A stretch of DNA of 64,000 nt, taken from IMG/VR virus record IMGVR_UViG_3300006620_000021. One strand, given 5' to 3'. Made by a program: the position numbers and the translations under genes. The notes beneath the pieces are model-generated. The model worked only from the letters and a program-made list of their open reading frames with translations. It did no database searches and was not told where the DNA came from. Positions 9,391 through 18,740 of this stretch are shown one piece after another; positions within the stretch are counted from its first letter, which is position 1; every line of letters starts with the position of its first letter. The DNA is from an uncultured virus (IMG/VR IMGVR_UViG_3300006620_000021) (taxonomy: Duplodnaviria > Heunggongvirae > Uroviricota > Caudoviricetes).

Positions 9391-9603
9391 TCATGCTGCA
9401 AGTTTAGACATGGAGATTGCAAGTAGGAATGATAACATAATAACAACATCCCATGCTTTTGTCTTTATAAAGTATGGGATGGAAACCATGTCAGCAATGA
9501 AGTTTACAACTACGCCAGCGAAAACATTGATATGTAGAATAGTGAAATAGGCAGCAATGACTCCAATGCTGCCAAAGATTCTCATCAACGTAAGGGTTTG
9601 CAT
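9391..9603 (-). CDS. Small membrane protein, 70 aa
   Basis: Highly hydrophobic; TGATG overlap with gp45. Confidence 0.7.
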   Translation of the reverse strand: MQTLTLMRIFGSIGVIAAYFTILHINVFAGVVVNFIADMVSIPYFIKTKAWDVVIMLSFLLAISMSKLAA

Positions 9604-10283
9604 CAGTAATTAGAATCAGGTTCTAGAGCAATGTAGTATGTGAGATCATAGTCGTTATTAGTAAAACGAGACAGAAGTTTACTAGAGATAGCAACTTTAT
9701 ATGACCCTGGAAGAATCTTGATGTTTTCAACTTTGAAGTTGAAGCAAAACTCAGAATCAGTCTCACCAACAATGACTTGGAAGTCGTTTGAAGTGTCGTT
9801 CTTTTTATCGTGAACGACTAGTTTTACAGAACTACCATCACCAACTACAGAGAGATCAGGAAGTTGAAATGCAAGGACCGCTTTACGAACTTTATCCAAC
9901 TGTTCTGTAGACAGTTCAAATTGAACATCTACAGTTGGGAGCGTCAACTCTTTATCAGGAGGAGTAACAATAACGCTAGGATCGGCAAAGAAGTATTTGG
10001 ATCTAGTTTTACCCTCTCGGATAACTACATGACCATCATTTGCAAAATCCAGTTCTGGTTGATTGTGAAGGAATACTCCACGAAGGAACTGGTTGAGATC
10101 ATAGATTCCAAAGTCTTTAGGAAAGTCTTCTGGAATATCTGCTTCAGCGAGAATGTTCTTCATCACTGAGATTGTACGAAGTTTGTTACCTTTCTTGAAA
10201 AGAATTGACTGATTAATATCAGAGAAGTTTTTAAGCAGGTTAATAGTCTTTTCAGAAAGTTTCATAGGTGCCCTTAGTTTCAT
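9603..10283 (-). CDS. gp45: Sliding clamp (gp45)
   Basis: MKLSEKTINLLKNFSDINQS, FGIYDLNQFL and YYIALEPDS. Confidence 0.96.
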   Translation of the reverse strand: MKLRAPMKLSEKTINLLKNFSDINQSILFKKGNKLRTISVMKNILAEADIPEDFPKDFGIYDLNQFLRGVFLHNQPELDFANDGHVVIREGKTRSKYFFADPSVIVTPPDKELTLPTVDVQFELSTEQLDKVRKAVLAFQLPDLSVVGDGSSVKLVVHDKKNDTSNDFQVIVGETDSEFCFNFKVENIKILPGSYKVAISSKLLSRFTNNDYDLTYYIALEPDSNY

Positions 10284-10773
10284 TGTGAAGTCCAGAGAAG
10301 TGATAAAGAAGAACGCAATAATGAATCGCTTTCAAAATATCTTGCTTGGACTTACCGTTCTTCTTGCCGAAGCGAGAGAGGTATTTAATAGCATTGGATC
10401 TGCAGAATGGTTCTGCATCACCAACAGATTCAATAAGATCAAGTGTCTGAGTCTTAGACCCTTGAGAGGTGTAATGTGCGTTGTAAGTTGAAGACAGGTA
10501 TTCGCGTACCTCCTTCATAGTTTTATCTTCTTCGTACTTCCAAAAACCATTGTTCGTAAGTTGATCAAGGTTCAAATCAATTTTGTCGTCGGGTTCCATA
10601 GTAACGTTAAATGTAATCATATCGCCTGACGCTGTGCCAGGGTTGCCAGTCAAACTAATACCATCCTCTTCCCAAAAATCCTGACTAGAATCTTTGAATG
10701 GATTAGGGCGGTCAAGGTCATTACGATCATAGTCGTAATAATATTTGGAATGGTCTGCCATAGTAATTTCCAT
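10252..10773 (-). CDS. DUF3310-like protein
   Basis: HY...FCRSNAIKYLSRFGKK...DILKAIHY; start uncertain (10773 or 10761). Confidence 0.75.
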   Translation of the reverse strand: MEITMADHSKYYYDYDRNDLDRPNPFKDSSQDFWEEDGISLTGNPGTASGDMITFNVTMEPDDKIDLNLDQLTNNGFWKYEEDKTMKEVREYLSSTYNAHYTSQGSKTQTLDLIESVGDAEPFCRSNAIKYLSRFGKKNGKSKQDILKAIHYCVLLYHFSGLHNETKGTYETF

Positions 10774-10776
10774 AAT

Positions 10777-10806
10777 AAAAAAGAGGGGAGGCATTATTAT
10801 CCTCCC
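10777..10806 (-). terminator. Terminator after cobS
   Basis: GGGAGG-loop-CCTCCC followed by CTCTTTTTT. Confidence 0.65.
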
Positions 10807-10808
10807 AC

Positions 10809-10837
10809 ATTATATCAGGATACAATCCCCTGGTCAA
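10809..10837 (-). promoter_or_regulatory. Sigma70-type promoter
   Basis: TTGACC-17 nt-TATAAT with a TG extension. Confidence 0.8.
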
Positions 10838-11930
10838 TGGGATCGTAATTCTTCAATGCATCCTCGTCAAGCGAAGGAAGATTGAAGTCCTCATCAACTT
10901 TGTCATAAAGTTCCAGGAATGCTTGCTTAGTATCATCATCAAAACGATTGATACAAACCTGCATTGCTTTCTCCTTATTACCGAAGATAGCATACGCTCT
11001 GGCAATATGGACCAAACGACGGGTACTGATAATGTCTTCAATACCACCATCATAGAAAGTCTTACGGATGATGTCTGCCCAATCTACGAGACGTTTGTAG
11101 AACTCAACCTCAGCAAGGCCAAGTTCAGCGCCAACTTTGTAAAGGATCTTATACTCAATTTGAGGAGTAGGATACTCCTGCTCAAAGGTCACAGGGAATC
11201 GCTCAAGGAATGCTTCGTTGAGCACGTTAGTTCCAATGAATCGTCCGTCGTCGCTACCTTTACCCTTAGTGTTGGCTGTGGCAATGACGTTGAATCCACT
11301 TGCAGGAGAAACCCATCTTCCGATTTTTTTAAGGAATACTCCTTTCCCTTCAAGGATAGATTGGAGACAGAGAACTTTATTAGAGGCAAGGTCGATCTCG
11401 TCAAGGAGCAGTACAGCTCCTCGTTCGAGTGCTTCAATGACTGGGCCATTGTGCCAGACGGTGTTGCCATCAACAAGGCGGAAGCCACCAATAAGATCGT
11501 CTTCATCAGTCTCAATAGTAATGTTTACGCGGATAAGTTCTCTACCCAACGTTGCACACGCTTGCTCAACCGAGAACGTTTTGCCGTTGCCAGAGAGACC
11601 AGTAATGAACGTCGGATAGAATAGACGGGACTGAATAATTTTTTTAAGATCGCTGAAGTTGCCAAACTTGACGAAGGTATCATCTTTTGCGGGAATAAGG
11701 TTTTGTTCTACCGCAGGCATAGCGGCAGGTGCCTGATAGTCCTGTTCCAGTTTCTCAGTGACCGTCAAATTCCAACGACCACGACCAGTCTTACAATCAG
11801 AGATTTTGTTAGTTACGGTCTGGTAATTGCAACCATTGATAGCACACCAGGCACGAATGTCTGCTGCAGTGACAGAATCTCCATAGAGATCCTGGAGAGA
11901 GTTCATGATGCCTTCTTTGGAGAGACCCAT
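10815..11930 (-). CDS. cobS: CobS/MoxR-like AAA+ ATPase
   Basis: GLSGNGKT (Walker A), LLLDEID (Walker B), ATANTKG and AFLERF. Confidence 0.9.
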   Translation of the reverse strand: MGLSKEGIMNSLQDLYGDSVTAADIRAWCAINGCNYQTVTNKISDCKTGRGRWNLTVTEKLEQDYQAPAAMPAVEQNLIPAKDDTFVKFGNFSDLKKIIQSRLFYPTFITGLSGNGKTFSVEQACATLGRELIRVNITIETDEDDLIGGFRLVDGNTVWHNGPVIEALERGAVLLLDEIDLASNKVLCLQSILEGKGVFLKKIGRWVSPASGFNVIATANTKGKGSDDGRFIGTNVLNEAFLERFPVTFEQEYPTPQIEYKILYKVGAELGLAEVEFYKRLVDWADIIRKTFYDGGIEDIISTRRLVHIARAYAIFGNKEKAMQVCINRFDDDTKQAFLELYDKVDEDFNLPSLDEDALKNYDPIDQGIVS

Positions 11931-11940
11931 TTGTTTGTTG

Positions 11941-11994
11941 GAACTGAAGTTAGTATAGTGGACAGATAGGGGGACTTAGGTCCCCAATGGACAG
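11941..11994 (-). promoter_or_regulatory. Putative promoter, copy 1 of TATACTAA.TTCAGTTC motif with upstream palindrome
   Basis: 16 of 17 nt identical to 14161-14177; GGGGAC-4 nt-GTCCCC lies over the -35 zone. Confidence 0.6.
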
Positions 11995-11998
11995 TTTA

Positions 11999-14149
11999 TC
12001 AAGCGACCAATGAGATGAACTCATTTAGAACTCGCTTGTTCATTTTCTTGGTGCGAAGACTCTTGACGAATGCAGTCTTAATTTGAGACTTGGTTGCATC
12101 TTCCTTAACATCAAACGTATTGTCTTGTGCAAGTGAAGTGGCAGACATAGCAAAGTAAGAATGATACCCAGAATTAGTGATGGTAAAACTACGCTCCTTC
12201 CTCCAGACAGCGTGAATACGATCATGGTCATCATTCCATCGACCATAGTAGCGAGCAATAAAACCATGAGCATCACGACCTTCAAGAACACGAATACCAA
12301 TAAAGTTGGTATCTACAAACTTATCCTTGAGATGGGTCAATAGAGTATCGGTCAATTCATACCAGTGACCACCTAATGAATATGTAGTTCCCAGTTTACG
12401 GTCACGAAGAATGCAGTTGGTAGATACCTGACGAATACCAAGGTATGGTTCCTTTTCCCAGTGACGTTGAACCGTTTTATGATACTTCAACGGTGGTGCT
12501 TCACCATCAGTAAGAATTACACACTGAACTTTTTCTACATTATTATCCCGCTTGAACTGAGGAATAATCTCATGCATACAAACAAGAGTGTCATTCAAAG
12601 GAGTTCCAGATAGAGACAATCCATTTGGAATTGGGTAATAGGTATAGTGAGACCTATTGAATCCCTCAGCAATGCGGAAGATAGTTCTCATCTGATTCTC
12701 CAGTTCTTTAATCTTAGTCTTACTGGAGAACATATTCATTAAAGAGAATGCCTCGTAGATCTGCATAACACCATCACGTTTTTTATACATATCCTTAGAA
12801 ACAATTGCTTTACGCTCACCATCCTCATCGTAAACATACTTGACTTTAGGGAAGTCACTGGTAAAGGCATAAACCTCAAAGGGGATGTTTACCTTTTTAC
12901 AGAACCAAATAAGATTATAGAGTTGCTTGATAGTATCAGTAAGAACGTCTGCCATAGATCCAGACCAATCAAGAACAAAAATTAGTCCATGATTCTTACC
13001 ATCAGGAATCACCGAGACTTTTTTGAATAGATCTTCATTGTACTTATAGGTATGCAATTTAGCACAGTCCAAGACACCAGTTCTTGATGTCGTAGAACGA
13101 GCGTATGCACTAGCAGACTTGCGACATTCAAACTCCTTTACAAGATAATTAACTTCCTTCTGTGCAGATTTTTTGAACTGAGTATATCGAGCATCAACTT
13201 CCTCAAACACTTTATCCCCATAACGTTCACCATCCCAAGCATCAGGAACATATTGATATACATCCTCATTTGGAATGATGATTGAACTAAGATTAACTTT
13301 AGGTAGTTCAAGATACTGGTTCTCAAGTCCTTGCTCAGTGATTAGATCCTTGATGGCATCTTCAAAGGACTTCATAGTATTAACATCAACATCTCCATCT
13401 TCATTACCACTGGAGACGGGTTTATCATCTACACCTTCGGTAGATCCCTGAATATCATCATCGTCAGTATTGTCGGTTCCTTCGACGTTATTGCTGGGCG
13501 GGGATTCTGATTCTCCTTCCTCACTATCTGATCCCTGTGATTCGGAGGAAGACCCACCATTATTCTGCTGTAATTGTACGCCTGCAGGGGGCTCTTGAGA
13601 TTGTTCATTTTTACAGTAGTTATAGATTGCTTCTGATGTATCCAAAACTTCAGCAAAGGTCTCACAGTCACGAACCATTAAGAGCAATGCTTCTTCTTCA
13701 TCATTAAATGGAATATCTACATGGTTACCAATCTTACAACACAAGTTGACTTTATCTGCCAAGTTGAAGGTTGAAAGATCTTCATCTTCAATACCAAAGA
13801 AGTCTTCATCGGCAAGTTCCTCATAACCACGATAAAAAGTCTTGGAGAGACCAGCATAACGACGCTTCATCATCTTCTCGATGCGAGCATCTTCAACAAC
13901 GTTTACGATCTGAGGAGGTATCTTACGATCCACACTCCAATCTTCATCAGGTGTATATAGGGCATGACCAACTTCATGACCTACCAACAGATCATAAACA
14001 GTATTAGATGCTTTGTTCCACTGAGGAAGAGTCAACACACGAGTGTGGACATTAAACTGAGCAGTTTCAACAGCACGATGCTCTACCACCAAGTCTTCGG
14101 TGGCAAGCAGTTTGGCAAGTTGTCCTTTGACTTCGTGGTTGATAGTCAC
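11999..14149 (-). CDS. Zn-metallopeptidase plus VWA domain protein (CobT-like partner)
   Basis: HEVGH...EDARIE at the N-terminus, acidic linker, MIDAS DWSGS...TPL...TDGE; GTG start. Confidence 0.88.
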   Translation of the reverse strand: MTINHEVKGQLAKLLATEDLVVEHRAVETAQFNVHTRVLTLPQWNKASNTVYDLLVGHEVGHALYTPDEDWSVDRKIPPQIVNVVEDARIEKMMKRRYAGLSKTFYRGYEELADEDFFGIEDEDLSTFNLADKVNLCCKIGNHVDIPFNDEEEALLLMVRDCETFAEVLDTSEAIYNYCKNEQSQEPPAGVQLQQNNGGSSSESQGSDSEEGESESPPSNNVEGTDNTDDDDIQGSTEGVDDKPVSSGNEDGDVDVNTMKSFEDAIKDLITEQGLENQYLELPKVNLSSIIIPNEDVYQYVPDAWDGERYGDKVFEEVDARYTQFKKSAQKEVNYLVKEFECRKSASAYARSTTSRTGVLDCAKLHTYKYNEDLFKKVSVIPDGKNHGLIFVLDWSGSMADVLTDTIKQLYNLIWFCKKVNIPFEVYAFTSDFPKVKYVYDEDGERKAIVSKDMYKKRDGVMQIYEAFSLMNMFSSKTKIKELENQMRTIFRIAEGFNRSHYTYYPIPNGLSLSGTPLNDTLVCMHEIIPQFKRDNNVEKVQCVILTDGEAPPLKYHKTVQRHWEKEPYLGIRQVSTNCILRDRKLGTTYSLGGHWYELTDTLLTHLKDKFVDTNFIGIRVLEGRDAHGFIARYYGRWNDDHDRIHAVWRKERSFTITNSGYHSYFAMSATSLAQDNTFDVKEDATKSQIKTAFVKSLRTKKMNKRVLNEFISLVA

Positions 14150-14160
14150 GGGATTCGTTT

Positions 14161-14203
14161 GAACTGAACTTAGTATATACCCAAAGACTGCTCTAGAAGC
14201 AGT
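14161..14203 (-). promoter_or_regulatory. Putative promoter, copy 2 of TATACTAA.TTCAGTTC motif with upstream palindrome
   Basis: Same motif as at 11941; ACTGCT-5 nt-AGCAGT lies over the -35 zone. Confidence 0.6.
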
Positions 14204-15120
14204 TACGATCCACTTTTAACACTGTCCACTGCTTTAGACACCCAGTCTTCAAGTTGGACTGTAGGTTCCCAACCAAGAGTTTCTCTCAGTTTAGAATTAT
14301 CTGCAAGAGTGATTCTTGCTTCTCCTGGGCGAGCATCAATAAATCTTTTCCTGGGCGAGATCATTGCGGCAATCTCATTGACAGAATAATTCTGACCATT
14401 CCCAACATTATAAACCTGCCCAAATGCATCTTCAGAAAGATTTTTAGATGCTGCAAGAATATTTGCATTAACAACATCAGATACATGAGTAAAGTCTCTG
14501 CGTTGCTCACCATCACCAACAACAGTCAACTCTTCACCGTTGGCAAGTTGACGGAGGAAGATTCCAATAACAGGAGCATACTGCCCCTTAAGAGGTTGCC
14601 TCTCACCATAAACATTAAAATATCTAAAGATAATTGTATTCAAATCAAATAGATCTGTGTACATAGAGCATAGTTTCTCTCCAGCAACTTTAGACACAGA
14701 ATATGGATTCAAGCAGTCATCACCTTGTGTCTCAATATTTGGTGGAGAATTAAAACCATATGCAGAGGAGGTAGATGAATAAATTACTCTATCGACATTT
14801 GCTTCTCTAGCACATTGAAGCACTGTTGCTGTACCCAAAGTATTGATTCGGACAGCGTTCAATGGATTTTTAATTGCTGGTTGAATCCTTGCTTCTGCAG
14901 CAAGATGGAATACCCAATCAACTCCACAATAAAAAATTCTAGTGTGGTCGTAATTACAAATATCTTGTTTTACATAGTGTACTTTTTCATTGTAATAGAA
15001 ATGATCATGGGCATCAGAATACTCATTATCAATAACAGTTACAGTATGACCAGCATCAATTAGAGCATCTACCAGGTTAGATCCAATAAATCCACTACCA
15101 CCAGTTACCAAACAGTTCAT
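14203..15120 (-). CDS. NAD-dependent nucleotide-sugar epimerase/dehydratase
   Basis: TGGSGFIG, HLAA, YSVSK (YxxxK), RYFNVYG and RDFTHVSDV. Confidence 0.93.
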   Translation of the reverse strand: MNCLVTGGSGFIGSNLVDALIDAGHTVTVIDNEYSDAHDHFYYNEKVHYVKQDICNYDHTRIFYCGVDWVFHLAAEARIQPAIKNPLNAVRINTLGTATVLQCAREANVDRVIYSSTSSAYGFNSPPNIETQGDDCLNPYSVSKVAGEKLCSMYTDLFDLNTIIFRYFNVYGERQPLKGQYAPVIGIFLRQLANGEELTVVGDGEQRRDFTHVSDVVNANILAASKNLSEDAFGQVYNVGNGQNYSVNEIAAMISPRKRFIDARPGEARITLADNSKLRETLGWEPTVQLEDWVSKAVDSVKSGS

Positions 15121-16829
15121 GATACCATCCTACTAAATCCTTTTACTTTCTCAAATTTTAGCACATTTAAGAACTTATCGCGCATACCTTCCTTATGAGA
15201 GATGACGAATGTATTAGCATCCTTAATAACAAATCTAATAATTCTCATAAACTCATCTGTACCAAATCCGTCCAAAGAAGAATCAAAAGTTTCATCAAAG
15301 ATAATTAGATTGCAATTTAAAGAATTTTTTATCTTAGCAACTTCCCTCCATGTGAAGAGTAGAGCAAGGTCAATACGCATTTTCTCACCTTCACTAAAAG
15401 AAGCGTAGGAAAAATCTTCTTGAATAGGGGATTCAATCGTCTCGTTGAACTCCTCATCCAATTTAAAGTTAATATAAAACTCCATCATCTGAAGATAACG
15501 ATTTACCTCCTGATTGACTAATGGAAGATACTTTTTAATAATTTGTGTCTTGACACCACCGTCTCTCAAGAGATCAGATACAAAACTATAGTTTATCAAC
15601 TGATCTTTTTGGGAGTCGGATTCTATTACGGCAGCAGCAAGTTTATCTTTAAGGTCTGCTAACTTTTCATTTTCAGAATTTCTCTTTGCAAGTCTATCGG
15701 CAACAGTTTGAATTTCTTGTTCAAGACCTCGGACTTGTCGCTGATATCCAGAGATCTTAGTATTGATTTGAGAAATCTCATGTGAAAGGTTAGTTACCTC
15801 TTTAGAAACTGTAGTGAAGTGACGCTCTCGTTCTTCTTCCTCTTTAATTGCCTCCTCCAGTTGTTGATAACCAGATTGCAACTCTTTTGCTTTAAATTGA
15901 GCGTCTTCAATTCTATTTATTCTGAAGGTCTCTTCAATGTCTTGATTGCAGGTAGGGCATACCGTATTGTCAGTATAGAACTTATGATCCTTAACAACAC
16001 TTGATACTTTTTGAGAGATCTTACCCTTTAAACTACCAAGTTCACGTAGTTTTTTTGTTGAACCAGCATATTTTTCAAGTTCTTGTTGCTTGTCAAGCAA
16101 TTGAGTCTCATTATCAAGAGCAGTTTTTAGGAGAGCATCTTGAGACTCAGTAAGTGTTTTGATTTGATTTCTTTTTGTAAGGATATCACTATCGGCAAGT
16201 CTTTCAATCTCTTCGATGAAATCACGTTGCATAATTACTTTATCCTCAAGAGATTCTTTTTTGAGATCCAAAGTTTTAATTACATCTCTAGAATCCTTTA
16301 CTTTGTTTTTGAGAACTTGATTCATTGAAGAGAAGATCTTAATATCCAAAATATCTTCAATAACTTCTCTCCTAGAGGCAGCAGTAAGTTGCATGAATGG
16401 AACAAAATTGCTACTACCAAGAATTACAATTTGAGTAAAAGACTTGTAGTTCATTTTCAAAACTACATTCTCAAACCAACTTTGCTGATCTTTGGCCGCG
16501 GCATCGGAATTTAATACTTCACCATTCTTATAAATTTGAAATATAGAAGGTTTAATACCCCTAACAACCTTCCACGAAGTATCCGATATCTTAAATTCAA
16601 TTTCAACTAAACAATCTTTCTCATTTACAGAGTTGATTAGTTGTGGTTTGTTCACCCCACGATATGACTTCCCAAAAAGAGAGAATGTCAATGCATCTAG
16701 CATTGTACTTTTCCCTGCTCCATTATTGCCGATTACTAAAGTTGTAGATGCTTCGGCAAAATTTATCTCTGTAAACTGATTACCTGTGCTGAGGAAGTTT
16801 TTATAGCGAAGTTTTTCAAATAGGAGCAT
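15117..16829 (-). CDS. gp46: Rad50/SbcC-like recombination ATPase (gp46)
   Basis: GNNGAGKS, CPTC zinc hook, FSEGEK and FDE. Confidence 0.97.
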   Translation of the reverse strand: MLLFEKLRYKNFLSTGNQFTEINFAEASTTLVIGNNGAGKSTMLDALTFSLFGKSYRGVNKPQLINSVNEKDCLVEIEFKISDTSWKVVRGIKPSIFQIYKNGEVLNSDAAAKDQQSWFENVVLKMNYKSFTQIVILGSSNFVPFMQLTAASRREVIEDILDIKIFSSMNQVLKNKVKDSRDVIKTLDLKKESLEDKVIMQRDFIEEIERLADSDILTKRNQIKTLTESQDALLKTALDNETQLLDKQQELEKYAGSTKKLRELGSLKGKISQKVSSVVKDHKFYTDNTVCPTCNQDIEETFRINRIEDAQFKAKELQSGYQQLEEAIKEEEERERHFTTVSKEVTNLSHEISQINTKISGYQRQVRGLEQEIQTVADRLAKRNSENEKLADLKDKLAAAVIESDSQKDQLINYSFVSDLLRDGGVKTQIIKKYLPLVNQEVNRYLQMMEFYINFKLDEEFNETIESPIQEDFSYASFSEGEKMRIDLALLFTWREVAKIKNSLNCNLIIFDETFDSSLDGFGTDEFMRIIRFVIKDANTFVISHKEGMRDKFLNVLKFEKVKGFSRMVS

Positions 16830-17085
16830 CGTATTCAGGTGGTATTACAAGGTCATTTTTAGTAATGATTGCATATTGATAACTATGCATCTCACAAGTT
16901 TGAACGATTAATTTATCATCAACTTCAACAACATCTAATTCTGGATATTCTTTATCTTCCAACATCATGGCAAACCTATCTGCATCATCTTCTTCTTCAA
17001 AGATATACAAAACTTGCCCACCCTCCTCATCAGTAACAGAGTAAGCACCTTCTTGAGTTTTACCTGCTAATGTCAGGATATACAT
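16816..17085 (-). CDS. Conserved hypothetical protein between gp47 and gp46
   Basis: 89-aa acidic ORF coupled to both neighbours. Confidence 0.8.
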   Translation of the reverse strand: MYILTLAGKTQEGAYSVTDEEGGQVLYIFEEEDDADRFAMMLEDKEYPELDVVEVDDKLIVQTCEMHSYQYAIITKNDLVIPPEYDAPI

Positions 17086-18131
17086 TACACCATCTCACAT
17101 GCTTCTTGGTACACTTCCTGAATAATAGTCTGAATATCGGATTTATTTATGGTCTGTTCAGACTCTTCAACATATCGATTTAGGATAGAAATAGTATCTT
17201 CAGACTCTGGATCATAATTGTTTAACTCAACAGACTCTCCAGCAGCAAGTTCAACTATATTCAATTCTGCAATGTTAGATGCAAGTAATTTATCAACAAA
17301 TTTATTATACTTTTTAGGATTACTCTTCTTACGAACAATCAGTTTGATAATCTTACCCTCATAAGATCTCGCATCGAATGTTTGATATGGAGTATCTTCA
17401 TAGTAGATAACATCATACATTTTGTATGGGTTGTTGATCTCTTCTAACTCATCTGTCTCAGTATCAAAAATATGGAATCCTCTAGGATCTCCCATATCAT
17501 TTGAGTAGATTTCGTATGGATTGCCTAGGTAGAAGACTCGTCCATCGGTTGATCGAGTGTGATAGTGCCCCGAGAAGACGCGCTTGTATGACGCAAATAA
17601 TTTGCCATCATGACCCGTTTCCATGATGTGTCCACGATGAGCTGGATATCCGTTGAGCTCAAGGTGCCCCATCGCGTGTACGCCACTGAAACCTTTAATA
17701 GATTTGATAGTATTCTCAGAGTTCTCTTCATTAATCCACGGTACAAATAATACAGGAAGTTTGCCCAACTTTACTGAAGTCGGTTCTGAGTATATTATAA
17801 CATTTTTATACTCGCGCAGCAACAGGTCTACTGCATTTACTTGATTGGTATTTTTATAGTATGCGGTATGGTTACCTACAATCGTATGTACTTTGACACC
17901 CAGTTTAGCAAGACGATCATAGTAGTTATCCTTTGCCCATGCTAATGCAGCAAAGTCAATACCTTTTCTACTATCAAAAGTATCTCCCATGTCCACAACA
18001 ACTTTGATACCTCTCTCCTCTATAGTTGGGAAAAAGATATCGTTGTAAAACTTCAGAAAATAATCATGGAACAATTTAGAGTTCTTACGAGCACCAAAAT
18101 GTTGATCAGTAATTATGGCAATCTTCATCAA
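17085..18131 (-). CDS. gp47: Mre11/SbcD-like nuclease (gp47)
   Basis: TDQHFG, GDTFD, GNH and SGHYH phosphoesterase motifs. Confidence 0.96.
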   Translation of the reverse strand: MMKIAIITDQHFGARKNSKLFHDYFLKFYNDIFFPTIEERGIKVVVDMGDTFDSRKGIDFAALAWAKDNYYDRLAKLGVKVHTIVGNHTAYYKNTNQVNAVDLLLREYKNVIIYSEPTSVKLGKLPVLFVPWINEENSENTIKSIKGFSGVHAMGHLELNGYPAHRGHIMETGHDGKLFASYKRVFSGHYHTRSTDGRVFYLGNPYEIYSNDMGDPRGFHIFDTETDELEEINNPYKMYDVIYYEDTPYQTFDARSYEGKIIKLIVRKKSNPKKYNKFVDKLLASNIAELNIVELAAGESVELNNYDPESEDTISILNRYVEESEQTINKSDIQTIIQEVYQEACEMV

Positions 18132-18625
18132 TAACGAGATTTAGAGTGAATACTATCCTTGATAGAACTATACTCTGAATAATTAGAACCGTCAATCAGG
18201 TTGTCGTCGAAGAACACTTCGTCATAACCCGTCTTCTCCAAGATCTTATTTTTAATCTCAAGCTGTTTCTTTTCCTTCTGAATACGACGTAGAAACGCGT
18301 AGTGAATAATCTGAGTGAAATAAGCAAACGGGTTCTGAGACTTTTGGGGATCAAAATTATGAATATACTGAACGCAGTTCTCAATACCATCTGAAATCAT
18401 ATCATCCTTAAAGATATAGTTTACAAAGTTTGGCTTGAATGACAAGTGTGTTGCAATCTTTAAGAAACATTCTCCCAAGTAATTTGTAATCCTTGGTTTA
18501 GGTTCTCCTCTTGCTGCTGCTAGTTCTACATTCTCTCTGTAGGCAATTAACGCAGCAAGGAACTCTTTGTTATTTACGTAGTGTACTGATCTTTTTCTTT
18601 TGTTCATGGGTCCAAGGGGTGTCAT
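18128..18625 (-). CDS. gp55: Late transcription sigma factor (gp55)
   Basis: HYVNNKEF, DMISDGIENC and NPFAYFTQI..AFLRRI. Confidence 0.96.
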   Translation of the reverse strand: MTPLGPMNKRKRSVHYVNNKEFLAALIAYRENVELAAARGEPKPRITNYLGECFLKIATHLSFKPNFVNYIFKDDMISDGIENCVQYIHNFDPQKSQNPFAYFTQIIHYAFLRRIQKEKKQLEIKNKILEKTGYDEVFFDDNLIDGSNYSEYSSIKDSIHSKSRY

Positions 18626-18653
18626 AAGTAATTATAAACTGGTGTGTGTAAAT

Positions 18654-18681
18654 ATTATAACATTTCTAAGCAAATCATCAA
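18654..18681 (-). promoter_or_regulatory. Sigma70-type promoter for the gp55 operon
   Basis: TTGATG-16 nt-TATAAT with a TGn extension. Confidence 0.6.
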
Positions 18682-18684
18682 AGC

Positions 18685-18713
18685 TTGACACAACTCTTGA
18701 ATCTGTATACAAT
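18685..18713 (+). promoter_or_regulatory. Antisense sigma70-type promoter
   Basis: TTGACA-17 nt-TACAAT on the plus strand, facing the 3' end of the uvsW unit. Confidence 0.65.
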
Positions 18714-18740
18714 AACCTTTGTGGAGGTTCAGAAAACATA

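Noticed and set aside
9293..9394. 33-aa ORF MNIDQAVTLLLLSKCSLSPNLGLHMVLHLLSHA
   Set aside because: It fills the gap with an ATGA overlap but is too short and featureless to support.
10923..11624. 233-aa plus-strand ORF and the many other short alternate-frame or antisense ORFs in the track
   Set aside because: They lie fully inside well-supported genes and lack protein-like motifs.
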